From an uncultured Alphaproteobacteria bacterium (lineage in GTDB: Bacteria; Pseudomonadota; Alphaproteobacteria; RF32; CAG-239): DNA of 51,725 nucleotides. The stretch covers positions 6,543 through 58,267 of the forward strand of contig CAJOLB010000004.1 of NCBI GenBank assembly GCA_905235385.1, written 5' to 3'. The position numbers were made by a program, and so were the translations under genes. Below are positions 1-9,126 of the stretch, piece after piece (positions within the stretch are counted from its first letter, which is position 1; every line of letters starts with the position of its first letter). The notes below the pieces were generated by a model that was given only the letters and a program-made list of their open reading frames with translations, was not told where the DNA came from and did no database searches.

Positions 1-15
1 AATAATCGGTTGCAT

Positions 16-630
16 TTAACTTTGTCCGACAATTTCGCGCAAAACGGACTGAGCCGCCACACGCACCGTCACATCGGGACTTCTGACATTAAATAAATAA
101 TCTTTTGCATCCTTGATTTTCCACACAACCGTTAAGTTGATATCAACAATATTTTCATCTCCGGTCAGCATATGGCTCTCCGTAAATGAATTTAATGCCA
201 CACTTGCGTGATTGCTGTTCATATACCTGTTTTGAGCCGTGTTTTCGGTCACACCTAAATTGATGCTTCGCTCTTGTGTCACATTAACTTTAATCACGCT
301 TTCGATAGGATACGGCAGGTGATAATGTAGACCGGCATCTGTTGTATCAACGTATTTTCCAAAACGAAGCACAACGCCCTGTTCGCTTGGCTGAACCTGA
401 TAAAATCCGGAAGCAAGCCATAACAATAAAATCGCAGACAGAATTAACTTTATCTGCATTTTAAAATCATTTTTCGAGCCGCTTAATTTGGCGATTTTAA
501 CCGGTGAAACGATCTTCATCTTTCTGATTGCCACCCCGTTCGGTTCCAACGATTGCGGCGGCAAATCTTCTTCCCAAGGATTATTTTTTTTTGCCATCTG
601 AGCATTCCTATCAAAATTTTTGTTGACCAC
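16..630 (-). CDS. hflK: HflK-like SPFH/band-7 membrane protein, shorter than typical
   Basis: One TM segment followed by SPFH-type sequence (QPSEQGVVLRFGKY, NVRSPDVTVRVAAQSVLREIVG). An in-frame TAA at 16-18 ends it at 204 aa, well short of usual HflK. The likely true start is ATG 595-597 (MAKKNNPW). Confidence 0.55.
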   Translation of the reverse strand: MVNKNFDRNAQMAKKNNPWEEDLPPQSLEPNGVAIRKMKIVSPVKIAKLSGSKNDFKMQIKLILSAILLLWLASGFYQVQPSEQGVVLRFGKYVDTTDAGLHYHLPYPIESVIKVNVTQERSINLGVTENTAQNRYMNSNHASVALNSFTESHMLTGDENIVDINLTVVWKIKDAKDYLFNVRSPDVTVRVAAQSVLREIVGQS

Positions 631-705
631 TTGCTATAAAATAATATAAATATATCTTAAAAACAACGTCACACGAACTGATATCCACATTGTAAAGGAA
701 ATTAG

Positions 706-1695
706 ATGTCCGATATTGAAGAAATTATAAAAAATTACTTTCCCGCCGAACATATTGAAAACATTCAAAACCTTGACGGGCGCGTTATTATCACCTTAAT
801 TGACACGCCTGAAAATATGTCGAAAGCTGAAGAATTGAAAAAAGAACTGTTGAAAACAGAAGGTGTTTTAAAAGCAACGGTTATTTTCACACGCAAAAAA
901 GCTTCTCCGACAACACTCGGAATCGAAAAGTGGGATATGAAAAACATCAAACATATTATCGGCGTTGCATCAGGCAAAGGCGGTGTCGGCAAATCAACAA
1001 CTGCTGTTAATCTGGCTTTAGCGCTTTCAAACTTAGGGCAAAAAGTTGCCGTCTTTGATGCGGATATCTACGGTCCTTCGTTGCCGACAATGTTGTCTTT
1101 TGAAAACACCCCGCCTGTTTCTTACGACGGTAAAACATTTGAGCCCTTTGAAAATTTCGGTGTCAAAGCGATATCAATCGGCTCGCTCATTGATCGTGAC
1201 ACACCTCTTATTTGGCGTGGTTCAAAAGCATGCGGCGCTATTGAACAAATGCTCAAAGAAACAAACTGGGGCGAAATTGATGTTATGGTAATAGATATGC
1301 CTCCCGGAACAGGCGATATTCAAATTACTCTTTCTCAACGCATTGACTTTGACGGTGTTGTGATTGTTTCAACCCCTCAAGATATTGCCTTAATTGATGC
1401 GGTCAAAGGCGTAAATATGTTTGAAAAAATAAACGTTAAGATTTTAGGTCTTATCCAAAATATGGCTTATTATGTTTGTCCTGATTGCGGCAAAAAGGCG
1501 TATATATTCGGTGAGAACGGCACAAAAGACACAGCCTCCCGCTTAGGACAGCAATTTTTAGGCGAGATTCCGCTTGATGTTTCCATTCGTGAAAATGCCG
1601 ATGCCGGCACACCTGTTGTGGCCGCAGATCCTGACGGGCCTCAAACAAAAGCCTATGAAGAAATTGCTCAAAAAATCTTAAAAGCGCTGTCATAA
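706..1695 (+). CDS. apbC: Mrp/NBP35-family iron-sulfur cluster carrier ATPase (ApbC)
   Basis: Deviant Walker A motif GKGGVGKST, a CPDCG motif, and an N-terminal DUF59-like region. 329 aa. Confidence 0.85.
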   Translation: MSDIEEIIKNYFPAEHIENIQNLDGRVIITLIDTPENMSKAEELKKELLKTEGVLKATVIFTRKKASPTTLGIEKWDMKNIKHIIGVASGKGGVGKSTTAVNLALALSNLGQKVAVFDADIYGPSLPTMLSFENTPPVSYDGKTFEPFENFGVKAISIGSLIDRDTPLIWRGSKACGAIEQMLKETNWGEIDVMVIDMPPGTGDIQITLSQRIDFDGVVIVSTPQDIALIDAVKGVNMFEKINVKILGLIQNMAYYVCPDCGKKAYIFGENGTKDTASRLGQQFLGEIPLDVSIRENADAGTPVVAADPDGPQTKAYEEIAQKILKALS

Positions 1696-1708
1696 CAGCG
1701 TTTTTTTT
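1684..1708 (+). terminator. Rho-independent terminator after apbC
   Basis: Stem gcgctgt / acagcg with loop cata, followed by T8. Confidence 0.7.
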
Positions 1709-1719
1709 ATATCCGAATC

Positions 1720-1851
1720 GTCAAAGAAAAAGGAACCTTAAATTTTTACGATTCCTTTGAATTAAGTTTATCAAAAATTTATTTAAAAATCAATTAAAAT
1801 GAAATTTCAAAAAGTGTAAAGAAAAAAGGTTCATTTTTTCTTTACACTTTT
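1720..1851. promoter_or_regulatory. Invertible-promoter-like cassette, copy A
   Basis: Inverted repeats gtcaaagaaaaaggaacc (1720-1737) and ggttcattttttctttac (1828-1845). The internal promoter lies on the minus strand: TTGATT (1788-1793 rc), 17-nt spacer, TGaTAAACT (-10 at 1765-1770 rc). It points away from the pilin-like gene at 1866. A perfect 18-bp hairpin (1810-1827 / 1834-1851) lies directly before the RBS. Confidence 0.7.
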
Positions 1852-1865
1852 AAAGGAGAAAACAT

Positions 1866-2453
1866 ATGCAACAAAAAGGTAGAAGTATGGTCGAAATGCT
1901 TGGCGTCTTGGCAATCATTGGCGTTTTATCCGCCGGCGGTTTGGCAGGTTATCATCAAGCTGTTGCAAAGCACCGCTTAAATGTCTGGGGTGAACAGGTT
2001 CAACAAACATTAATGAATTTATACGAACTTTGCAAAGGTGATTCCGAGTGTAATTCTTCTAACAATATTTCTCTGAAAAATATTGTTCCTGAAGGCTTCC
2101 TCAAAAAACCTTACAATAATCGGCTTGGCTATGATATATATGGTAATAGCTGGCAAATGAATCCGCTGGGATTTTCTTTGCGTTTAGGCGGAACGCAATA
2201 TCAACAAAATGAAAATGTCATATCTTTTACCTGCCCTAAACTTCTCGAAATTTTAAAAGAAAGCAGAATTTATCAAATACGCATTTGGTCGCGTTTGGGA
2301 GCGATTTACATTAACTCAACTTCCAACTGTAACGTTTATACCTGTCTGTCTTTTGATGATTTAACAAAAGATAAACTACTCAAAATTTGCGAATCTTTGA
2401 CAAGTGAAGACAATGAAGAAAATGACACGATTTGGTATTTCTATTTTAACTAA
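1866..2453 (+). CDS. Prepilin-type N-terminal domain protein (type IV pilin / pseudopilin-like), paralog A
   Basis: N-terminus MQQKG-RSMVEMLGVLAIIGVLSAGGLAGY has a short basic leader, Gly at -1, Glu at +5 and a hydrophobic helix. RBS aaaggag precedes the ATG. C-terminal Cys motif C-x5-C-x14-C. Confidence 0.7.
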   Translation: MQQKGRSMVEMLGVLAIIGVLSAGGLAGYHQAVAKHRLNVWGEQVQQTLMNLYELCKGDSECNSSNNISLKNIVPEGFLKKPYNNRLGYDIYGNSWQMNPLGFSLRLGGTQYQQNENVISFTCPKLLEILKESRIYQIRIWSRLGAIYINSTSNCNVYTCLSFDDLTKDKLLKICESLTSEDNEENDTIWYFYFN

Positions 2454-2486
2454 AAAAAATCCCCTCGTTTGAGGGGATTTTTATTT
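2453..2486. terminator. Bidirectional terminator between pilin-like gene A and clpX
   Basis: A-run, stem atcccctc / gaggggat with loop gttt, then a T-run. Confidence 0.7.
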
Positions 2487-3730
2487 TAAGCTGATTTGCT
2501 TTTCTTTTTCTTAATCAACATGGGCTTACCGCCTTCATTGACAACCTTTTCGTTGACAATAACTTCGGTCACCTCTTTCATATCCGGAATTTCATACATC
2601 AAATCAAGCAAAATTCCTTCCATAATTGCGCGCAACCCTCTGGCTCCGGTTTTACGGTCAATCGCTTTTTTCGCAATCGCTCTTAAAGCCTCTTCCGTAA
2701 CAGTCAATTTAACATGTTCCATATCAAAAAGCGTTGTATATTGTTTCATTAAAGCATTTTTCGGTTCAGTCATAACTTTAATTAACGCGTTTTCATCCAA
2801 ATCATTTAATGTCGCAATAATCGGCAATCTTCCGATGAGTTCCGGAATTAAACCGAATTTTAACAAATCTTCCGATTGAACATCTTTTAAGATTTCGCCG
2901 ATGCCGGCATCTTCTTTGGAAGCCACTTTTGCTCCAAAACCGATTGAAGTATCTTTGCCGCGCTTTCCGATAATTTTCTCCAAACCGGCAAACGCGCCGC
3001 CGCAAATAAACAAGATATTTGTTGTGTCAACGTGCAAAAATTCTTGCTGCGGGTGTTTACGCCCACCTTGAGGCGGAACATTGGCAACCGTTCCTTCAAT
3101 AATTTTCAAAAGTGCCTGTTGCACTCCCTCGCCCGAAACATCACGCGTGATTGAAGGCCCGTCTGTTTTGCGTGTGATTTTATCAATCTCATCAATATAA
3201 ACAATACCGCGTTCTGCTTTTTCGATGTCGTAATCTGCTGCCTGAACAAGTTTTAAGATAATGTTTTCCACATCTTCGCCAACATAACCGGCTTCGGTTA
3301 AGGTTGTTGCATCGGCAATTGCAAACGGCACATCCAAAATACGCGCCAATGTTTGAGCCAAAAGCGTTTTTCCCGAACCCGTTGAGCCGATCAAAACAAC
3401 ATTTGACTTTGAAACTTCAACATCTTTGTGTTCCGTTTGGCAGTTTAATCTTTTGTAGTGGTTATATACCGCAACGGATAAAACTTTTTTGGCCTCATCC
3501 TGACCGATTACATATTGATCCAAAAAGTTTTTAATTTTTGAAGGCGTCGGGAGTTCTCCCTCAAACAACGGTGCGTGAGATTTTTCTTCATGGAGTTCAT
3601 CTGCGACAATGTTTATACAAACATCAATACATTCATCACAGATATAGACACCTCGGCCGGCAATTAATTTTTTAACCTCGTTTTGGCTTTTTCCGCAAAA
3701 AGAGCAATGCAATTCTTTATCTTCACTCAT
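2486..3730 (-). CDS. clpX: ATP-dependent Clp protease ATP-binding subunit ClpX
   Basis: N-terminal zinc finger CSFCGK...CDEC, Walker A GSTGSGKT, and full-length similarity to ClpX. Confidence 0.97.
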   Translation of the reverse strand: MSEDKELHCSFCGKSQNEVKKLIAGRGVYICDECIDVCINIVADELHEEKSHAPLFEGELPTPSKIKNFLDQYVIGQDEAKKVLSVAVYNHYKRLNCQTEHKDVEVSKSNVVLIGSTGSGKTLLAQTLARILDVPFAIADATTLTEAGYVGEDVENIILKLVQAADYDIEKAERGIVYIDEIDKITRKTDGPSITRDVSGEGVQQALLKIIEGTVANVPPQGGRKHPQQEFLHVDTTNILFICGGAFAGLEKIIGKRGKDTSIGFGAKVASKEDAGIGEILKDVQSEDLLKFGLIPELIGRLPIIATLNDLDENALIKVMTEPKNALMKQYTTLFDMEHVKLTVTEEALRAIAKKAIDRKTGARGLRAIMEGILLDLMYEIPDMKEVTEVIVNEKVVNEGGKPMLIKKKKSKSA

Positions 3731-3739
3731 GTTATTTCC

Positions 3740-4363
3740 TTATTTTATTTCCATACGATTTTTTACAATTTCATCAATTAAACCGAATTTTTTTGCTTCA
3801 ACCGGTGTCATAAAATTATCTCTCTCCATCGCTTTTTCAATGACAGAAAGTTTTTGCCCCGTATTTTGAGCATAAATTTCATTCAAGCGCTTTTTCATAT
3901 CCAAAATAAGCTTGGCTTGAATTTCGATATCCGTTGCCTGACCTTTAGCACCGCCTGAGGGTTGGTGAATCATGATTTGAGAGTTTGGCAGTGAAAATCT
4001 TTTACCTTTTGCACCGCCCGCGAGCAAAAATGATCCCATTGAACAAGCCTGACCAATACAAAGCGTTGCCACATCGCACGAAATATATTGCATTGTGTCA
4101 TACATTGCCATACCTGATGTTATAACCCCGCCGGGCGAATTGATATATAAGAAAATATCTTTTTTAGGATCTTCCGATTCCAAAAACAGCAGTTGGGCAC
4201 AAATGAGAGAAGAAACTTCATCATTAACCTCTCCCGTTAAAAAGATAATGCGCTCTTTTAACAGACGTGAATAAATATCAAAAGAACGTTCTCCGCGCGA
4301 GGTTTGTTCGATAACCATCGGCACAAGCGTATTATCAAAAACTTCTATGGCACTTTTTTGCAT
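3740..4363 (-). CDS. clpP: ATP-dependent Clp protease proteolytic subunit ClpP
   Basis: ClpP motifs ([11 protein letters not shown], active-site context [19 protein letters not shown]). Start moved to ATG 4361-4363 (MQKSAIE), which has an aaggaa RBS. The track ORF extends to 4420. Confidence 0.93.
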   Translation of the reverse strand: MQKSAIEVFDNTLVPMVIEQTSRGERSFDIYSRLLKERIIFLTGEVNDEVSSLICAQLLFLESEDPKKDIFLYINSPGGVITSGMAMYDTMQYISCDVATLCIGQACSMGSFLLAGGAKGKRFSLPNSQIMIHQPSGGAKGQATDIEIQAKLILDMKKRLNEIYAQNTGQKLSVIEKAMERDNFMTPVEAKKFGLIDEIVKNRMEIK

Positions 4364-4479
4364 AACTATTTCCTTATAAAAATTACAATTTTTTAATAAA
4401 TATAGATTATATTTAATCAATAAATCGTAAATAAAAATAAAATCTTTTCAGATTTTTTTATAAAAAAGGAGAACTTTTT

Positions 4480-4932
4480 ATGTTTGAAGCGAAGGCACAA
4501 AAAAGGCTCAGGTCAACTGATTTGGCTTTATACGACAATAAGCTCAAATTAGATGAGCTGCAAAGCTTTGACCCCTTTGAGATTACGGATCTTAACGGGC
4601 TTAAAGTTCTTAAATACCCTCTTTTTGAGCCTTATTATAAGGTTATTCAATCCCTGAAAGTTACCGATGATAACAATCGTTTTCTGCCAAGTCAAACCGA
4701 ATCGCTGAAAAAAGACATTTTAAAGGTCTCTAAGCAAGAAACATATTTAGAGCTGTTATATTTGACCTCATTGCCGGCAGAAGAACAATATATCGAACTT
4801 TTGCAAGAAAAATTATTGCTTAATTTGATTAATCTCGTGTTAGATGAAGAATTGCCCACAAACAGAACCTTAAACAGTTTTGAAATTTCACTTGCACAGT
4901 CTACATTTAAACAAATGCTCCAAAATGCCTAG
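4480..4932 (+). CDS. Hypothetical protein
   Basis: 150-aa ORF with RBS aaggag upstream. I recognise no family. Confidence 0.45.
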   Translation: MFEAKAQKRLRSTDLALYDNKLKLDELQSFDPFEITDLNGLKVLKYPLFEPYYKVIQSLKVTDDNNRFLPSQTESLKKDILKVSKQETYLELLYLTSLPAEEQYIELLQEKLLLNLINLVLDEELPTNRTLNSFEISLAQSTFKQMLQNA

Positions 4933-4966
4933 ACTTTTGGAGCATTCGTTTGACTTTTTTATTTTC

Positions 4967-6802
4967 TTAAATGGCTTTTAAGAGATAATCACTGAATTTT
5001 TCAGCAAAGAATGCCGCATCTGAAACAGCTTCGCCTTCGGCAATTTTTGCCTGATCCAAAATCAGTCTTGCAATATCCGCAACCTTATTTTTATTTTTCT
5101 CATCTGTCATCATCTCTGATAATTTGATAATCAGCGGATGATACGGATTGACTTCTAAAATGCGCGTGCTTGCAAAAGCCGTTTGTTGCTGATGGTTTCT
5201 CATTAAACGCTCTAAGTGAATACTCATCTGCCCGTTTTCAACATTCAAGGCTGCCGGACTTTTTGTGAGCTTTTCGCTCGGTTCAATTTTACCGACTTCA
5301 TTTTTAAACAGCTCAGCCATAAAGTCTGTCAGTTTCTTTAAACTGCCCTCGTCGGCTTTTTTATCTTTGCGTTCGATTTTAAGATCAATATCCGCTGTTG
5401 AAATGTGTTTTACGGCAAATGTTTTGTATGAGGTCAAAACCTGTGTCCAAAATTCATCAATCGGATCAACAAGGAGCAAAACCTCAATACCTTTTTCTTT
5501 GAAAGCTTCGAGTTGCGGATTGTTCTTTAAGGTCGAAACATCATCACCCGTGATATAATAAATTGCTTTTTGATCGCCTTGAACACGGCTGATATATTCG
5601 TCCAATGTGGTGAGTTTTGTATCATCATTTGTTGAAGCAAAAAGCGAAAGTGAAGCGACTTCTTCCTTGTTTGAAAAATCTTCATAAATACCTTCTTTAA
5701 AGGCTGTTCCGAATGCATTCCAAAACTTCAAATAGTCTTCATAATTTGCTTGGCGCTTTTTGAGTTCTTTTAAGATTCGACTGACTGTTCCCTGTCTGAT
5801 TTTTGCGATTAAAGCATTTTGCTGCAACATCTCGCGCGAGATATTTAACGGCAAATCCGAGCTGTCAATCACACCTTTAACAAACCTCAAATATGCCGGC
5901 ATTAAACCTTCAATTTTATCTGAAATGAAAACTTTATTCACGTAAAGCTTTAAGCTTTGTTGACGATCGGGTTGAAATAAATCATAAGGTGCCGTCGAAG
6001 GAATATATAAAAGTGCGTTGTATTCAATGCTTCCCTCTGCCTTAAAATGAAGCGTCATCCAAGGGTCGTCAAAATTTTTGGAAACATGATGATAAAATTC
6101 TTTATATTGGTCTTCGGTAATTTCCGCCTTGTTTCTTGTCCATAACGCCGAAGCTGTGTTAATCGTTTCTTCGCCGGCTTTGCCTAAATCTAAAACGATC
6201 GGATATTCCACATGGTCGGAATATGTGCGCACAATGTGTCTTAAATAAATCGTATCTGTAAAATCTTTGGCATCATCTTTTAAGAAAAGTTTGATATCCG
6301 TGCCGTTTGTGTCGCGCTCGGCTTTTTCAATTTCAAAGCCGTCCAAACCGTTTGAAACCCATTTGTAAGCCTCAGTTTCACCGGCTTTTTTCGTGGTGAT
6401 TTCAACTTTTTGCGCCACCATAAATGCCGAATAAAAACCCACACCGAACTGCCCGATTAAATCCACGGCCGAACCGTTATCTTTCATATTTTTCACAAAA
6501 TCCGCCGTGCCTGATTTGGCGATTGTGCCGATATGATTGATTAAATCGTCTTTATTCATACCGATACCGTTATCCGATATTGTCAACGTGTTGTTTTCGG
6601 CATCAGGCGTTAACGTGATTTTAAACGCCCCCGAAGCCTTCACTTTCGGATTTGTTAAGCTCCAAAACTTTAACTTATCGCATGCATCGCTTGCGTTCGA
6701 AATCAATTCGCGCAAGAAAATATATTTTTCCGAATAAAGAGAGTTAATCACAATATCAAGAAGTTTCGCAACTTCGGTTTGAAATTCTATTTTTTCACTC
6801 AT
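4967..6802 (-). CDS. htpG: Molecular chaperone HtpG (Hsp90)
   Basis: GHKL ATPase motifs (ELISNASDA, GQFGVGFYS) and HtpG-like sequence over the full 611 aa. Confidence 0.96.
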   Translation of the reverse strand: MSEKIEFQTEVAKLLDIVINSLYSEKYIFLRELISNASDACDKLKFWSLTNPKVKASGAFKITLTPDAENNTLTISDNGIGMNKDDLINHIGTIAKSGTADFVKNMKDNGSAVDLIGQFGVGFYSAFMVAQKVEITTKKAGETEAYKWVSNGLDGFEIEKAERDTNGTDIKLFLKDDAKDFTDTIYLRHIVRTYSDHVEYPIVLDLGKAGEETINTASALWTRNKAEITEDQYKEFYHHVSKNFDDPWMTLHFKAEGSIEYNALLYIPSTAPYDLFQPDRQQSLKLYVNKVFISDKIEGLMPAYLRFVKGVIDSSDLPLNISREMLQQNALIAKIRQGTVSRILKELKKRQANYEDYLKFWNAFGTAFKEGIYEDFSNKEEVASLSLFASTNDDTKLTTLDEYISRVQGDQKAIYYITGDDVSTLKNNPQLEAFKEKGIEVLLLVDPIDEFWTQVLTSYKTFAVKHISTADIDLKIERKDKKADEGSLKKLTDFMAELFKNEVGKIEPSEKLTKSPAALNVENGQMSIHLERLMRNHQQQTAFASTRILEVNPYHPLIIKLSEMMTDEKNKNKVADIARLILDQAKIAEGEAVSDAAFFAEKFSDYLLKAI

Positions 6803-6838
6803 GGTTTACCAAAACTCCAAAATTAAAACATATTTTTT

Positions 6839-6870
6839 ATATGGGGTTTATGCCCGATGAACGCAAGAGG
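6839..6870 (-). promoter_or_regulatory. Sigma-32 (RpoH)-type heat-shock promoter upstream of htpG
   Basis: The minus strand reads CTCTTGCGT-N14-CCCCATAT about 35 nt upstream of the htpG ATG. This matches the CTTG...CCCCATnT heat-shock consensus. Confidence 0.5.
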
Positions 6871-6961
6871 AAAATTAAAAAAATTTTCTTGCAATTTAGA
6901 AAAATATTAATATTTCCTCATTTATCATATTGCCATCAAAAAATATTGAGGAAAAAAGAAT

Positions 6962-8890
6962 ATGCACGGCCTTCACCCGCTGATTACCGATTTGATGCTG
7001 ATAACGGTTTATGCCGCCATCACCACACTTATTTTCAAAAAACTGAAACAACCGACCGTTTTGGGCTATTTGCTCGCCGGAATTTTTGCCGGTCCTTATC
7101 TTAACTTTCTGCCCACCGTTTCCGATACGGAAAACCTTAACTTGTGGGCTGATATCGGCGTTATCTTTTTGCTTTTTTCTTTGGGACTTGAATTTAGCTT
7201 TAATAAAATGGTCAGTGTCGGAAAATCTGCTTTACTCACTGCCACGCTCAACATTTTCCTTTTACTGTTTTTAGGCTATTATGTCGGTCTCTTTTTAGGC
7301 TGGAGCACCATAGACAGCTTTTTCTTGGGCTCCATGATTTCAATGTCATCGACCACCATTATCATCAAAGCTTTTGATGATTTAAAAATCAAAAAACAGA
7401 AATTTACCGACATGGTTTTCGGTGTTCTTGTCATTGAAGACATTATGGGTATTTTGCTTCTTGTATTGCTCCCGACTATTGCCATCGGCAAAGACATTGA
7501 CGGCAGCGAGCTCGGTTTAAGCGCTCTAAAGCTGATAACGTTTTTAATTTTGTGTTTTGTTGTCGGCATTTATATTATTCCGACCATCTTAAAAAAACTT
7601 GCGGACTTTTTAAATGATGAAATGCTTCTTCTTGTTTCAATCGCGCTTGCGCTTTCAATGGTGTCTTTAGCTGTTTATTCCGGCTTTTCTTCGGCACTCG
7701 GCGCATTTATTATGGGCTCGCTCCTTTCTGAAACTGGCGTCATCACGCGCATTGAAAACGTTATCAAACCGCTTAAAGACTTTTTCGGCGCAGTCTTTTT
7801 CGTCACCGTCGGTATGATGGTTAACCCTCAAATGTTTGTTACTTATGCTTATCCGATTTTTATCATCACGCTTGTTGTTTTAATCGGACAACCTTGCTGT
7901 TCCATTTTTGGCTTTGTCATTTCGGGGCAAAACTTAAAAACCTCCGTTCAAGGGGGGTGTTCACTTTCACAGGTCGGCGAATTTGCATTTATTATCGCCT
8001 CTCTCGGTATGAGTTTGCACGTCTTAGATGATTTTGTTTACCCGATTATTGTTGCCGTTTCGGTCATCACAACATTTTTAACACCCGTTATGATGAAATC
8101 TGCCAACAAAGTTTATAAACTGCTGGATAAAATGTTGCCGCAAAAATGGCGTGATTATATTGATCAAGCTGCCAAAACGGAAGTAACAACCATGACCGAA
8201 GAAAAACTTTGGCGTGCTTTGTTTAAAAGCTATTTTATCCGAATCATTTTATTTTCGCTTATTTTATATGCCATCATCGCTCTTTTCGCACGTGTTGTTC
8301 GGCCGTTTGCCGCGCTTTATCTGCCAAATGTGCCGATGAGGATTTTGCTCACCGCTACCGTTTTGCTTGTCATGGCTCCATTCTTAAAAGGTTTAATCGG
8401 GTGGAACTTTATTGTTGTTGATGCCATCAATGCCTTTTTAATTAAACTGCATCTTAAAAAAGCGCCATCCACAGACGGTGAAATCATCTGCGATGAAAAT
8501 AATCAGCCCGAAAACTGCGTTCCTTCCCACCAATCGCTTTTTAAAAATGTTTTGAAAGATAATAAAGAAACATTTAAAACTTTGCTTATTTCAAATGAAC
8601 GTATCGCCAAAATTTATGCTGTGTTGTGGTATGCCAGACCGGTCAATCGCTTACCGCTTTTGGTTTTAACAAGTTTCAGACTTTTGCTTGTGATGTTTTT
8701 TATTATGACAGCCGTGCATCAATTTTTAACCGAAAACACAAAGATGACATTATTTTTGCTTGTGGTGTCGCTTTTTATCATCAGTCAATCAAAATGGCTT
8801 TTGAGCCAATATTTAAAAATGGAAAAACAGTTTTTATATAACTTGAACGGTGAACAATCATCAACCTCAGATAAAGGAGAAAATTCATGA
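6962..8890 (+). CDS. Monovalent cation:proton antiporter (CPA2/Kef-like Na+/H+ exchanger family) with extra C-terminal membrane region
   Basis: Polytopic membrane protein of 642 aa with the typical N-terminal region LKQPTVLGYLLAGIFAGP. RBS gaggaaaa is present. Confidence 0.75.
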   Translation: MHGLHPLITDLMLITVYAAITTLIFKKLKQPTVLGYLLAGIFAGPYLNFLPTVSDTENLNLWADIGVIFLLFSLGLEFSFNKMVSVGKSALLTATLNIFLLLFLGYYVGLFLGWSTIDSFFLGSMISMSSTTIIIKAFDDLKIKKQKFTDMVFGVLVIEDIMGILLLVLLPTIAIGKDIDGSELGLSALKLITFLILCFVVGIYIIPTILKKLADFLNDEMLLLVSIALALSMVSLAVYSGFSSALGAFIMGSLLSETGVITRIENVIKPLKDFFGAVFFVTVGMMVNPQMFVTYAYPIFIITLVVLIGQPCCSIFGFVISGQNLKTSVQGGCSLSQVGEFAFIIASLGMSLHVLDDFVYPIIVAVSVITTFLTPVMMKSANKVYKLLDKMLPQKWRDYIDQAAKTEVTTMTEEKLWRALFKSYFIRIILFSLILYAIIALFARVVRPFAALYLPNVPMRILLTATVLLVMAPFLKGLIGWNFIVVDAINAFLIKLHLKKAPSTDGEIICDENNQPENCVPSHQSLFKNVLKDNKETFKTLLISNERIAKIYAVLWYARPVNRLPLLVLTSFRLLLVMFFIMTAVHQFLTENTKMTLFLLVVSLFIISQSKWLLSQYLKMEKQFLYNLNGEQSSTSDKGENS

Positions 8891-9126
8891 ACAAAGAACT
8901 CGCAACTTTAGGCATTAAGATTGAAGATTTTACAAAAATTCCCGAAGTCAACACGCTCTTACATCATTTTTCAGATTGTATTATCTGCCGTATGGGTATG
9001 CCTTATGAAAAATTAGGTATTCGCCTGATACATGTTGTGATGGACACACCATCTGCTGATGCCATGCGATTGGTCGAACAGCTCAATGCCATCAAAGGTG
9101 TTTCTTCTCAAACGATGTTCTTTTAG
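8887..9126 (+). CDS. TM1266-family putative iron-only hydrogenase system regulator (ACT/NikR-C-like small protein)
   Basis: 79 aa. The segment VNTLLHHFSDCIICRMGMPY...IHVVMDTP...IKGVSSQT resembles the TM1266 family as I recall it. Its start overlaps the antiporter stop (ATGA). Confidence 0.6.
   Translation: MNKELATLGIKIEDFTKIPEVNTLLHHFSDCIICRMGMPYEKLGIRLIHVVMDTPSADAMRLVEQLNAIKGVSSQTMFF

Noticed and set aside
6841-7104. 87-aa ORF upstream of and overlapping the antiporter start.
   Set aside because: It overlaps the sigma-32-type htpG promoter and the antiporter RBS and start, and it has no RBS of its own.
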